From Minisyncoccota bacterium (lineage in GTDB: Bacteria > Patescibacteriota > Minisyncoccia > SW-4-49-11): a stretch of 48,217 nucleotides of DNA. Under the pieces are notes generated by a model. That model did no database searches. It saw nothing but the letters and a program-made list of their open reading frames with translations, and was not told the origin of the DNA. The stretch's first letter is position 1. Each line of letters begins with the position of its first letter. The stretch lies in contig JAULZW010000005.1 in NCBI GenBank assembly GCA_032117235.1, positions 97,264 to 145,480 on the forward strand. The letters are read 5' to 3'. This document shows, one piece after another, positions 18,478-28,925 of this stretch. Made by a program: the position numbers and the translations under genes.

Positions 18478-20928
18478 ATGAAATATTTTTATTCTATATA
18501 TCACACTAGAACTTTTTTTAGTCATATATTAGATAAATTTATTTTTAATTTCCTGAGTTATTTTATATGGATTTTATTTGTTATTATAATATCAGTTCTT
18601 GGTTATTTTACTAATAACTATGAGATGGTATTTATATTAGTATTGACAAGTATATATTTTTATACAGTATCTTATTTATTTATAGTGCTTAAATTAAGAT
18701 CTGATCAAGATTCATTTATATTATCCAACAACTATGCAGAGATATTAGATTATGACACAGCTCAATATTTAGTTAAGTATTTCCCTAAAAAACTAACATA
18801 TATAAACATTATACGAGCAATTACTAAAAGCAGTCGTGGAAAAACCATATTAACATATATGGGGTTAATTCCAGATGAGTTTTATTCTAAGATTAAAGAT
18901 TTGGACTTAGATCATCATAGTAATTTAATATCAGTAGATGAATTTTTAGAAAAGGCTAATAATCTTAGACTTTCTTGGGAAGAAAAGAGAATAGGCTCTC
19001 ATATATTACTTTATGTATTATTCGAACAAGATGGTATATTCAAAACTTTACTCGATCAACTAGATTTATCTAAAGAAGACTTTTTACGTATTATAGAATG
19101 GGAATCTCTATATTATAGCAATAGTAAGTTAGTTTCAGCTTGGAGTCCAGAAGGTGTTTATAAAAGTTTTGGTGCTTTAGGACGCTCTTGGACTATTGGT
19201 TATACTAATGATTTAGATAAAATCACAGATGATATTACGGAATCTATAGTAAATAGAGATCCACATAGGGTTATTATACATCAAGATATTCTGAGACGAA
19301 TCTTAACTAATTTATCTAACTCCAACAGACATAATATACTTTTATTAGGTAATATAGGTGTAGGAAAAAGATCCTTAATTAGTAACTTAGCATTTACAAT
19401 TAGACAATATCAGATAGAAAATAATAAAAATCTTAGTCGAGTTTTGAAATTAAATACAACTGATTTAATCTCTGGCATTCCAGAGGCATCACAATATTTA
19501 CTAAAAGCTCTAAATTATTCAGAAAAATCAGGCAACATAATTTTAGTAATTGAAAATTTATCGGAGTTATTTTTATCAGCTGACGATGAAATTAGAAATA
19601 TTATTATTAAATTTTTAAATTCAAAAATTATTAATGTTATTGGCATTGATAATCCAGAGGGGTATCATAGTGGGATTAAAAGTTTTCCTATTATAGACAG
19701 TCTTTTTGAAGATATTACAGTAGAGGATTCTTCTACAGAAGAGACAATGTATGTCTTAATGATGACATCTTTTGATTTGCACAGGATGTATAATAAATAT
19801 ATTACCTATCAATCATTAAGAGCCGTAATGAGTTTTTCAAAAAGATATATCAGTAAAGGTGGTTTTCCTGGAAAAGCAGTAGAAATATTATCTGACGCTA
19901 TGAACCAAGCCAATATAGAGGGGAATCCTTTTGTCTTAGAAAGTCATATTAGAACAGTAATCTCCGAAAGAGTGAACATTAATATTAATACATTACAAAA
20001 TACTGAGAAGGATATTTTATTGTCATTAGAAGCAAAATTACAAACTGAAATTAAAGGGCAACCAGAAGGATTAACTGCTTTAGTGAATGCCTTAAAAAGA
20101 ACTCAGTTAGATTTGAATTCAAGAGATAAGCCCATAGGTACTTTTCTGTTCTTAGGCCCAACTGGAGTGGGTAAAACTGAAACTGCCAAAGCATTAGCTA
20201 AACATTATTTTGGGTCAAGTGATAGAATGATTAGATTAGATATGAATGAGTTTGGAAGTGAGGACTCAGTATATGGTATTTTAGGAGCTCCAGTAGGGGA
20301 GGATAATCTTTTTCAAGAAGGTTTTTTGACAAAGAGAATACAAGACAAACCTTTTTCTCTAATATTATTAGATGAGATTGAAAAAGCTCATAAGCAAGTT
20401 TTGAATGTGTTTTTACAGATTTTAGATGAAGGTTTTTTGACTGACAATAGAGGTATTAGAACTGATTTTAGGAACTCAATTATTATTGCTACATCAAATG
20501 CAGGATCTTTATTTTTAAGAGATTTTATTAAGAATCACCCTCAATTTGATAAATCTATCTTTAAGCAAGAATTAATAAATACTATAATAAAAGGAAAAGA
20601 ATTTGCGCCAGAGTTTATAAATAGATTTACAGATGTAATAGTGTATTATCCATTAGAAATAGATACTGTCAGTGAGATAGCTAGTAAAATCATAGATGGT
20701 ATGATTCAAAGTTTTGATGAAGAAAGAGGAGTTAAGTTAGTAGTTGAAAATGAAGTTATTCGATATTTGTCAGAAAAGGGTTATAATCCGGATTTTGGCG
20801 CTCGAGAATTAGAACGTACAATCTCATCAATTTTAGAAACATATTTGGCTGACTATATACTAATACATTCTATTAAAAGAGGAGATGTAATTACAGTCAC
20901 ATTAAATGATATTATAGATAAAAACTAA
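18478..20928 (+). CDS. ClpA/B-family AAA+ ATPase with N-terminal transmembrane anchor
   Basis: Two N-terminal TMs; D1 GNIGVGKR with degenerate Walker B (LVIEN); D2 GPTGVGKT, RLDMNEF, LDEIEKAH, FGAREL. Start at ATG 18478. Confidence 0.88.
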   Translation: MKYFYSIYHTRTFFSHILDKFIFNFLSYFIWILFVIIISVLGYFTNNYEMVFILVLTSIYFYTVSYLFIVLKLRSDQDSFILSNNYAEILDYDTAQYLVKYFPKKLTYINIIRAITKSSRGKTILTYMGLIPDEFYSKIKDLDLDHHSNLISVDEFLEKANNLRLSWEEKRIGSHILLYVLFEQDGIFKTLLDQLDLSKEDFLRIIEWESLYYSNSKLVSAWSPEGVYKSFGALGRSWTIGYTNDLDKITDDITESIVNRDPHRVIIHQDILRRILTNLSNSNRHNILLLGNIGVGKRSLISNLAFTIRQYQIENNKNLSRVLKLNTTDLISGIPEASQYLLKALNYSEKSGNIILVIENLSELFLSADDEIRNIIIKFLNSKIINVIGIDNPEGYHSGIKSFPIIDSLFEDITVEDSSTEETMYVLMMTSFDLHRMYNKYITYQSLRAVMSFSKRYISKGGFPGKAVEILSDAMNQANIEGNPFVLESHIRTVISERVNININTLQNTEKDILLSLEAKLQTEIKGQPEGLTALVNALKRTQLDLNSRDKPIGTFLFLGPTGVGKTETAKALAKHYFGSSDRMIRLDMNEFGSEDSVYGILGAPVGEDNLFQEGFLTKRIQDKPFSLILLDEIEKAHKQVLNVFLQILDEGFLTDNRGIRTDFRNSIIIATSNAGSLFLRDFIKNHPQFDKSIFKQELINTIIKGKEFAPEFINRFTDVIVYYPLEIDTVSEIASKIIDGMIQSFDEERGVKLVVENEVIRYLSEKGYNPDFGARELERTISSILETYLADYILIHSIKRGDVITVTLNDIIDKN

Positions 20929-20937
20929 ATTAAAATA

Positions 20938-20966
20938 TTGAAAAAATGTTAATTATATGCTATAAT
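20938..20966 (+). promoter_or_regulatory. hrcA promoter (near-leaderless transcript)
   Basis: TTGAAA-17-TATAAT with TG extension, 8 nt before the ATG. Confidence 0.7.
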
Positions 20967-20974
20967 GTACATAT

Positions 20975-21688
20975 ATGGATAGTAGAAAAGAACAATTTTT
21001 GGAGTATGTAATTCTATATTATGTTAACACAGCTCAGCCAGTGTCTTCTTTTGCTATTCAGAGAAAGTATAAATTGCCATATTCTAGTGCTACTATTAGA
21101 AATGAATTAGCTGAATTAGAAGAAGATGGTTATTTGACTCAAGTTCATACATCATCTGGTAGAATTCCTACAGATAAAGGATATAGATATTATGTCAATA
21201 GGCTTTTAGGAAGGCAAGAAATTTTACATCAATATGCTTCCGTTACTCACAAATTGTTGAATGATATGAATAAGATGAGTGAAATTCATCTTAAACTTAA
21301 AAAGTTACTATTGTCATTTGCACATGAGTCAGGAAATGTAGCTATGGGAAAATTATCATCAGATTTAATTTTTGAAGAAGGAGTTTCCAATTTTCTAGCA
21401 CAACCAGGATTTTCATCAGTAGAGTTTATTAGAAATGCATTAGAAGATTTAGAAGAAATCAAATCTCATATTGATGAAATTAGTCAGGATGTTAGTCACG
21501 GCAGTTATAAACTATATATTGGAGAAGAAAGCCCACATACCTCTATGCATAAATATGCAGTTATAGTAGGCAAATTCTCTATTGATTCAGATGATGGTAC
21601 AATAGTAGTGGTAGGCCCCAAAGGCATGCAATATGCTAAGAACATAGCTCTAGTAGAATATATGCTTAATAGTAATAATTATGAATAA
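20975..21688 (+). CDS. hrcA: Heat-inducible transcription repressor (short form)
   Basis: PVSS, SSATIRNELAELEEDGYL.Q.HTSSGRIPTDKGYRYYV. Confidence 0.95.
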   Translation: MDSRKEQFLEYVILYYVNTAQPVSSFAIQRKYKLPYSSATIRNELAELEEDGYLTQVHTSSGRIPTDKGYRYYVNRLLGRQEILHQYASVTHKLLNDMNKMSEIHLKLKKLLLSFAHESGNVAMGKLSSDLIFEEGVSNFLAQPGFSSVEFIRNALEDLEEIKSHIDEISQDVSHGSYKLYIGEESPHTSMHKYAVIVGKFSIDSDDGTIVVVGPKGMQYAKNIALVEYMLNSNNYE

Positions 21689-22196
21689 TAAAGACACTCA
21701 AACCGGAAATGTTAAAAGTAAATCTAAAAATAACTTAGATTTGAAACAATCTCTTGAAAAAATGAAAGAAGAGTCAGACTATAATTTAGCTGGATGGAAA
21801 AGAGCTCAAGCAGATTATCAAAACCTTAAAAAAGAATCAGAAAAAGCTAGAGTAGATAGTATTATATTAGCTAATAAAGGTTTAATTGAAAATTTACTCC
21901 CAGTTTTTGATAACTTTGCATTAGCCATAAAGCATTTGCCAAATGAACTCCAAGATAATAATTGGGTTCAAGGTATAGTATATATACATAAACAATTACA
22001 AGATATTTTAATTTCTGAAGGGGTAGAAATTATTGACCCAATGGGTGAAGTTTTCGATCCGAATATACATGAGGCAGTTGATAGTATAGAAGTTGATGAA
22101 GTAGAGAAGCAGAATACTATAATAGAAGTCTTACAAGTAGGGTATAAATTAAATGATAATTTAATTCGTTCTGCTCGTGTTAAAGTGGGTGCTTAA
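21681..22196 (+). CDS. grpE: Nucleotide exchange factor GrpE
   Basis: RAQADYQN, LLPVFDN, FDPNIHEAV, QVGYKL...RSARVKV. Confidence 0.95.
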   Translation: MNNKDTQTGNVKSKSKNNLDLKQSLEKMKEESDYNLAGWKRAQADYQNLKKESEKARVDSIILANKGLIENLLPVFDNFALAIKHLPNELQDNNWVQGIVYIHKQLQDILISEGVEIIDPMGEVFDPNIHEAVDSIEVDEVEKQNTIIEVLQVGYKLNDNLIRSARVKVGA

Positions 22197-22200
22197 AAAT

Positions 22201-23259
22201 ATGGACTTGTCTAATATATGGTTATATATTGGAGTTCTTAATATAGTTTATTTTATAACATTTTTTAGCTTTAAATTTATATTAAAGCTGAAATGGACAA
22301 AATATATTTTTGATAATAAAGTTCGAAAAAGAGATATTCATAATGGAATTAAACCTAAAATTGGTGGTTTAGTTATTATTCCTATCTTTATATTAACAAC
22401 CCTGACTTTTGTGGCAATAGGTAATTTAGCTTGGCAAAATGAGTTTTGGGGAATGCTCTTAGGTGCTATTGGTATATTAGTCTATGGATATATGGATGAA
22501 AAAATAGATTTACATTGGAGCAGTCAATTTATTTGGCAGTTTGGTATCGCGGCTATTGTGATTTGGTCTGGGGTAGGAATTCAAGCTATTAACTTACCTA
22601 ATGGGGACTTATGGTTTATAGATAGTTATAAATTTTTTGGCATTGTGTTCCCTCAAGATATTGTTACAGCCTTTTGGATTGTTGGACTTATGAATGTTGT
22701 AAATTGGTTAGATGGTATAGATGGGTTGGCAGGGGGAGTGGGAGTGATTGGTTTTTCAACTTTATTCTTATTATCTTTAACTTTATTTGTAAATCAGCCT
22801 CATATTGCACTTATCTCAATTATATTAATGGGGATTTATTTAGGATTTCTAAAATTTAATTGGTACCCTTCTAAAATATTTTTAGGTACCTATGGTAGTA
22901 TGTTTCTAGGTTATATGTTAGCTATTTTATCCTTAATTAGTGGTGGTAAAATAGCAACTTCAGCTTTAGTTTTAGCCTTCCCGATTATAGATGCTGTAGT
23001 GGTCATTTCTCAGAGAATTTGGAATAAAAAATCTATATTTGAAGCTGATAATAGACATTTTCATCATAAATTATTACAATCTGGACTAAGTCAAAAGGTA
23101 TCAGTACTAATTATGTATATAATCAGTATATTTTTTGGGATATCAGCTTTAATTTTAGAGACTGGAGGTAAATTAATCATATTCTTTTTAGGAATGATAA
23201 CTTTGATTATAATTTCTTTTTCTATGACTAAGTTTATTGTTAAAAATAATAAAAGATGA
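22201..23259 (+). CDS. Undecaprenyl-phosphate GlcNAc-1-phosphate transferase (WecA/TagO, MraY family)
   Basis: PKIGG, MNVVNWLDGIDGL, FNWYPSKIFLG, DNRHFHH. Start at ATG 22201. Confidence 0.9.
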   Translation: MDLSNIWLYIGVLNIVYFITFFSFKFILKLKWTKYIFDNKVRKRDIHNGIKPKIGGLVIIPIFILTTLTFVAIGNLAWQNEFWGMLLGAIGILVYGYMDEKIDLHWSSQFIWQFGIAAIVIWSGVGIQAINLPNGDLWFIDSYKFFGIVFPQDIVTAFWIVGLMNVVNWLDGIDGLAGGVGVIGFSTLFLLSLTLFVNQPHIALISIILMGIYLGFLKFNWYPSKIFLGTYGSMFLGYMLAILSLISGGKIATSALVLAFPIIDAVVVISQRIWNKKSIFEADNRHFHHKLLQSGLSQKVSVLIMYIISIFFGISALILETGGKLIIFFLGMITLIIISFSMTKFIVKNNKR

Positions 23260-23294
23260 TATTATAAAATTATAAATAAGTTATTAAAATAAAT

Positions 23295-23834
23295 ATGCCA
23301 TATAAAAAAGGCTATAGTGTTATAGAAGTTTTGTTAGCTGGTTCTATTTTATCATTAGCTATATCTGGTATAGTTGCCTCTATGCTTATAGCACAGAGAA
23401 ATAATCAATCTAGTATTGCTCAAAGTCAAGCCATATCAATGGCACAGGAAGGAATTATAGCTTTAAAATCTATTAGAGATAGAGATTACTCTGCATTAAT
23501 CAGTGGGCAAGGATTTGGATTAGAGTTCTCTTCTGGTGAATGGAATCTTATCTCAGCACCCACTGAATCACAAGATAGATTAGATAATCCTGTTCGTACC
23601 CGTCGAGTTAAAATTGATAATGATATCAATCCAGATGTGAAGTTGGTTACAGTGACAGTAAATTATCAGATTAACCCAGAAGGAGATCTTGCTCAGACAG
23701 AATTATCAGAGACAATTATTAATATGTCCAAGAAACCAACAGGTGTTAGTGCAGAGAGCACCAACTATAGATTGGTTGATGATAATATAGGTAATATAAA
23801 CACAACCTTTGATAATGAAATTAAACCTGATTAA
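23295..23834 (+). CDS. Minor type IV pilin, PilV/GspI-like
   Basis: KKG|YSVIEVLLA prepilin motif, A..MAQEGI, VTVTVNY. Confidence 0.8.
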   Translation: MPYKKGYSVIEVLLAGSILSLAISGIVASMLIAQRNNQSSIAQSQAISMAQEGIIALKSIRDRDYSALISGQGFGLEFSSGEWNLISAPTESQDRLDNPVRTRRVKIDNDINPDVKLVTVTVNYQINPEGDLAQTELSETIINMSKKPTGVSAESTNYRLVDDNIGNINTTFDNEIKPD

Positions 23835-23854
23835 TACCTTATAATATTAAAAAT

Positions 23855-25453
23855 ATGAATGAAAAGCCTAATCCATTAATTAAATCAGTAATGTTTCGTG
23901 TTTTTACAGCATTGGTTCTGTTGTTCACTACTATATTATATAGTATTATATTGGGACTTGCTTATTTACAATATACTGGAGGGATAGACATTATATATAC
24001 TGATATTGTCACAAATATGTTAATAGTTATCATAATAATCCTATTTATAATAGGGTGGTTTTTTTCATATACATTATATACCGGTATAATTAAACCAGTT
24101 TATGAAACATTAAATATTATTTCAGAATCAATATCAAATTTAATCACTAAGGAATATATAGATAAAGAACAAGTTATATATTTAAATGAATTTGTAACTA
24201 ATTCATTGTCTCAGTTAAATAAATCCTCTCTTACTAATAAAATCCATTTATCTTTAAGCACTGAGAGTTATATTAATAAATTAAGTGAACTAATGAAGCA
24301 AAATAAGGAGTTATTTAACTCTAAGCAAGAATTAGCTAATTTAGTGAAGCAACTTAAAAACCAACAAGAATTATTAGAATTAGAGAAGGCTAAAACAAAT
24401 GCTATTATTGACTCAATTCCTAATGGATTGTTAGTTACAAGTAAAGATGGTAATATATTCTTAGTAAATAGAGAGTTAGAAAATATATTGGATTTAAGAG
24501 TTAATGATGTATTAGGTAAATTTATATATAATGTATTACCAGATATCCAGCTAAATGTAAATACTCTAACAGGAGGGGATAAAGATCCTTTAAATGTTAA
24601 CCCTAAAAGTAGGCATACTAGTTTCTTTAGCTATATATCTAGTAATAATAAAAAAAATATAATTTTAGAAAATACATCTAATCCTATTATATTAAACGAT
24701 GATATACTGGGAGCCGTTTATGTTTTTAGAGATACTACTCAGGAGCGTACAACCGAGAGAGCTCAAAAAGAATTTGTTTCACTTGCATCACATCAACTTA
24801 GGACTCCAATTACATCTATTAAGTGGAATTCAGAAATTATTTTATCAAATGAATCTATTGATAGCGAAGTTCGTATTGCAGCTGGTGATATTTATAAGGA
24901 GGGTTCTAGAATGGAGAAATTAGTTAACTCATTACTAAATTTATCTAGAATTGATTTGGGTAAAATTCAATTTAATACTCAAGAGATACAGTTAGATAAA
25001 TATATAGATTCATTATCAAAAACACTACATTCTGAAATCGATGCTAAGAATATAAGCTTTGAAACAGATATATTATTTAAGAGTTCTATTAAAAATGACC
25101 CCGTATATTTAGATATAATAATTTTAAATATATTACACAATTCAATTAAATATAGTAATACAAATGGTATAATCAAATTAAAAATTGACAGTTTATCTAA
25201 TCAAGAAAAATTAATTATAACAGTTTCAGATACAGGAATTGGTATACCTCAGTCTCAACAATCTCAAATATTCGGTAGATTATTTAGAGCAGATAATGCT
25301 AAGAATTGTCAGCCAGATGGTAATGGACTGGGACTATATGTAGTGAAAAAATTAATTGAGTTAATGAATGGAACTGTTTGGTTTGAATCGAAAGAAAATC
25401 AAGGAACTACTTTCTTTTTAGAGTTGCCAATTGTAATAAAGAGCCAGGTATGA
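23855..25453 (+). CDS. Membrane sensor histidine kinase with PAS domain
   Basis: Two TMs, coiled coil, PAS, SHQLRTP H-box, NSIKY, DTGIGI, GNGLGL. Confidence 0.93.
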   Translation: MNEKPNPLIKSVMFRVFTALVLLFTTILYSIILGLAYLQYTGGIDIIYTDIVTNMLIVIIIILFIIGWFFSYTLYTGIIKPVYETLNIISESISNLITKEYIDKEQVIYLNEFVTNSLSQLNKSSLTNKIHLSLSTESYINKLSELMKQNKELFNSKQELANLVKQLKNQQELLELEKAKTNAIIDSIPNGLLVTSKDGNIFLVNRELENILDLRVNDVLGKFIYNVLPDIQLNVNTLTGGDKDPLNVNPKSRHTSFFSYISSNNKKNIILENTSNPIILNDDILGAVYVFRDTTQERTTERAQKEFVSLASHQLRTPITSIKWNSEIILSNESIDSEVRIAAGDIYKEGSRMEKLVNSLLNLSRIDLGKIQFNTQEIQLDKYIDSLSKTLHSEIDAKNISFETDILFKSSIKNDPVYLDIIILNILHNSIKYSNTNGIIKLKIDSLSNQEKLIITVSDTGIGIPQSQQSQIFGRLFRADNAKNCQPDGNGLGLYVVKKLIELMNGTVWFESKENQGTTFFLELPIVIKSQV

Positions 25454-25481
25454 TATAATAAATACAAATATACTAAAAATT

Positions 25482-25847
25482 ATGTCATATAAGGTTTTAA
25501 TTGTAGAAGATGAGTCAGCTATAGCTAGAGTTTTAGAGTTGAAGCTAAAGCAAATTGGTATAGACACTACGCTAATTAATGATGGTAGTTTGGCTTTGGA
25601 TGTAGTAAATAAAGAGGACTTTGATTGTATTCTACTAGATTTGATATTGCCCGGAGCTGATGGATTTACTATATTAGAGGCTATCAGGAAAAAAAGTAAA
25701 TCAACTAAAGTAATTATTATGACTAACTTAGGTCAATATGAGGATAGGACTCGCGTTGAAAAATTAGGTATAACCGCCTATTATGTTAAATCTGAAGTTT
25801 CAATCAGTCAATTGGCTGAAGCTGTAAAACAAGTTTTAATAACATAA
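25482..25847 (+). CDS. Single-domain response regulator (receiver only)
   Basis: VLIVEDE, ILLDLILP..DG, IMTN, YYVK; 121 aa with no output domain. Confidence 0.92.
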   Translation: MSYKVLIVEDESAIARVLELKLKQIGIDTTLINDGSLALDVVNKEDFDCILLDLILPGADGFTILEAIRKKSKSTKVIIMTNLGQYEDRTRVEKLGITAYYVKSEVSISQLAEAVKQVLIT

Positions 25848-25893
25848 ATTAGTTTATGTGATATAATTAAACTAATAAAATTAAAAACATATT

Positions 25894-27624
25894 ATGCAAC
25901 CAAAAGAAATATTAGATCTGTTAGTAAATACACAATATATAACTCTAGATGATTGTAAGGTGGCACTTTCTAGTACCAATAATGATCCAGCTATTGCAAT
26001 AGATTATTTAGTACAGAATAGTATAATTACTTACGACATTATAGGTCAGGCTTTAGCAGAGAGTTGGGGTGTATCTTATTTTGATTTAAATACATTTATT
26101 CCATCCAAAGATGATGTGATGAAAATACCCGAGTCTGTGGCTAGAGAATTGCGATTAGTGTACTTTAAAGATTTATCTGATAAAATACAGATTTCATCAG
26201 ATAATCCAGTTGTATTACAGGGTAATGCTAGATTAATTATTAAAAGAGAAGAGAAAACTGGATTTATTGGTGGGAAAAAAGAAATTACGGAAGAAAAAGA
26301 TTTAGCACAAGAGCTTATTAAGCTATTTCAAAAACCAATAGAATTTGGATATTCTTTAACACAAGATATAGATAAATCTTTATTAAATTATAAAGCACCA
26401 CTTTCATCCAGATTCATATCCATAATGGATAAATTTGACACAGTAGCTCCAGAAATTGTGGAAGAGATAATAGAAGAAGCTTTAGAAGAGCGAGTCTCAG
26501 ATATTCACTTTGAACCTCAATATGATAAAAGTGTAAGAATTAGATTTAGAGTAGATGGTATGTTGCAAGAAGTAGGTACTATACCGTTTTCATATTATGA
26601 GAATATACTTAATTTAATTAAGGTTAATTCTCAATTAAGGACAGATGAACATTTCATTCCCCAAGATGGTGCCATTCGTTTTAAAAAAAATAATTTAATT
26701 ACAGATGTTCGAGTTTCAATTTTACCAACTGTATATGGAGAAAAAATTGCCCTCAGAGTGCTTATAAATACACTATCTAATATAACTTTAGACACACTGG
26801 GATTAAATGAAAAAAATATCAAAACACTAAGAAAAGCATCTCAAAAACCATTTGGTATGGTTTTAGTAACAGGTCCTACTGGATCAGGGAAATCTACAAC
26901 TCTTTATTCTATATTAAAAATAGTTAATGATGAAGGTAGGAATATAACCACTATTGAAGATCCCGTTGAGTATAAGATTGAGGGTGTCAATCATGTGCAA
27001 GTTAATAAAGAAACAGATTTATCATTTGCTCGTGGTTTGAGGTCAATTTTGCGTCAAGACCCTAATATAATTCTAGTAGGAGAAATTAGAGATGATGAAA
27101 CAGCACAGATTGCCATTAATGCAGCTTTAACAGGTCATTTACTATTTTCAACCGTTCATGCTAATGATGGACAAAGCACATTGCCAAGACTTCTCAATAT
27201 GGATATTGATCCATTTTTGTTATCTACTACATTACATTTGATTGTGGCCCAGAGATTAGTTCGCAAGATATGTCCAGCTTGTGTATATACCTATACAGTT
27301 AATAGAGTAGAATTAGAAGAAACGGTAGGAGAGTCTTTAGAAAGATTCTTCTCAGAGGATAAATTGACATTATATAGAGGTAAAGGTTGCTCAAACTGTA
27401 GCTTTACAGGATATAAAGGACGCAGTGGAATCTATCAATTAATAGAAATGTCAGAGGAATTAAGAGAGCTGGTTTTACATAAACCGACCTCTGATATAAT
27501 AGCTAAGGTAGCTCGCCAACAGGGGTCTTTATCGCTTTTTGAGGATGGAATAGAAAAAGTGAAAATAGGGATTACTACTTTAGATGAAGTTATGAGAGTT
27601 TCACAGATACCAGAAGAAATATAA
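25894..27624 (+). CDS. pilB: Type IV pilus assembly ATPase (PilB/GspE)
   Basis: SDIHFEP, RFRVDG, GPTGSGKST, TIEDPVEY, LRQDP, GEIRD, CxxC/CxxC zinc motif. Confidence 0.93.
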   Translation: MQPKEILDLLVNTQYITLDDCKVALSSTNNDPAIAIDYLVQNSIITYDIIGQALAESWGVSYFDLNTFIPSKDDVMKIPESVARELRLVYFKDLSDKIQISSDNPVVLQGNARLIIKREEKTGFIGGKKEITEEKDLAQELIKLFQKPIEFGYSLTQDIDKSLLNYKAPLSSRFISIMDKFDTVAPEIVEEIIEEALEERVSDIHFEPQYDKSVRIRFRVDGMLQEVGTIPFSYYENILNLIKVNSQLRTDEHFIPQDGAIRFKKNNLITDVRVSILPTVYGEKIALRVLINTLSNITLDTLGLNEKNIKTLRKASQKPFGMVLVTGPTGSGKSTTLYSILKIVNDEGRNITTIEDPVEYKIEGVNHVQVNKETDLSFARGLRSILRQDPNIILVGEIRDDETAQIAINAALTGHLLFSTVHANDGQSTLPRLLNMDIDPFLLSTTLHLIVAQRLVRKICPACVYTYTVNRVELEETVGESLERFFSEDKLTLYRGKGCSNCSFTGYKGRSGIYQLIEMSEELRELVLHKPTSDIIAKVARQQGSLSLFEDGIEKVKIGITTLDEVMRVSQIPEEI

Positions 27625-27633
27625 TTAAGATAT

Positions 27634-28917
27634 ATGTTTTTTAAGAAGAAAAATACATCTGTATCTAATAGCCAAGTTGATAATTTAAATCCATTAGTAA
27701 ATCAAGTGGTAAAATCAGACTATACAGCATCCAATCAAAATCTTAATTTGAATTATAATGTGGATACTAGTAATCAGTCTGTTTTTACTACAATTGAACA
27801 ACTTGATGCAAAACAACCTTTTCAAAATCAAGTCCCAGGTCGTACTAAAGTTAAGAGAGGTAGTAGTAAGGTTAATAAAGCAAAAAAAACTTTCTTAGAT
27901 AATCTATCCTTATTAGTAGGATCAGGTATGGGTGTTAATACATCTTTAAGGATATTGTATAAAAATACTCAAGATATATCTTTAAAAAAATCACTTAACT
28001 CAATGTTAAGTAGCGTAGAAAGTGGTAGTAGTTTATCACAAACAATGCATGATCATAACTTTTTACCTGACTTTTTGATTTCTTTAATTAGAATTGGTGA
28101 AGAATCAGGTAATTTAGCAGATAAAATTAAAAGAACTGTTATATCACTAGATAAAGATCAAAGACGTATAGCGCAGTTAAGGTCAGCTTTGTTTTATCCT
28201 GTGTTTGTCCTAACTTTAGTTATTGTGTTGGGCTTAGTAGTATCAACCTTCATTCTACCAAGAATAGGACAGGTTTTTTCTAATATGAATGTAAAGTTAC
28301 CAGTAATGACAAAGATATTAATTCAAATGGGAGAATTTATGTCTAAATATTGGTATATAGTTATTCCTTTAACATTAGCAATATTAATACTTTCAATGTT
28401 ATTACTATTTGTATTTCCATTAACTAAAAAATCTGGTCAATGGCTATTATTCCATCTGCCAATATTCAATGATTTAATCGTAAAAACTGAGGTTTCTAGA
28501 TTCTCCTATAATTTGGCAATGCTATTAAATTCTGGTATTCCTATAACTAAGGCACTATTATCTCTATCTAAGATACATGATTATTATATGTATAAAAACT
28601 ACACTGAATTTTTAGCTAATTATATTCAAAGTGGTAAAAGTTTTCATAATATATTTGATCTAAATAAGAAAAAAACAAATTCTATATTACCATTTACTGC
28701 TCAAGAGATTATAACAGCAGGAGAGGAGTCGGGTAAATTACCAGAAGTATTGGAGCAATTAGGAGAAAGATATGAACAGGAATCAGAACAAATTTCTAAA
28801 AATATTGCTGTGCTATTAGAACCAGCTTTATTGATTGTAGTTTGGATAGGAGTTGTATTCTTGGCTGTAGCTATTCTACTTCCAATCTATAGTTTAGTGG
28901 GTAATTTCCAAGCTTAA
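27634..28917 (+). CDS. pilC: Type IV pilus inner membrane platform protein (PilC/GspF)
   Basis: Two T2SSF repeats (GEESGNL, GEESGKL), ALFYP, LLEP, AILLPIY. Confidence 0.92.
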   Translation: MFFKKKNTSVSNSQVDNLNPLVNQVVKSDYTASNQNLNLNYNVDTSNQSVFTTIEQLDAKQPFQNQVPGRTKVKRGSSKVNKAKKTFLDNLSLLVGSGMGVNTSLRILYKNTQDISLKKSLNSMLSSVESGSSLSQTMHDHNFLPDFLISLIRIGEESGNLADKIKRTVISLDKDQRRIAQLRSALFYPVFVLTLVIVLGLVVSTFILPRIGQVFSNMNVKLPVMTKILIQMGEFMSKYWYIVIPLTLAILILSMLLLFVFPLTKKSGQWLLFHLPIFNDLIVKTEVSRFSYNLAMLLNSGIPITKALLSLSKIHDYYMYKNYTEFLANYIQSGKSFHNIFDLNKKKTNSILPFTAQEIITAGEESGKLPEVLEQLGERYEQESEQISKNIAVLLEPALLIVVWIGVVFLAVAILLPIYSLVGNFQA

Positions 28918-28925
28918 AATACTAT

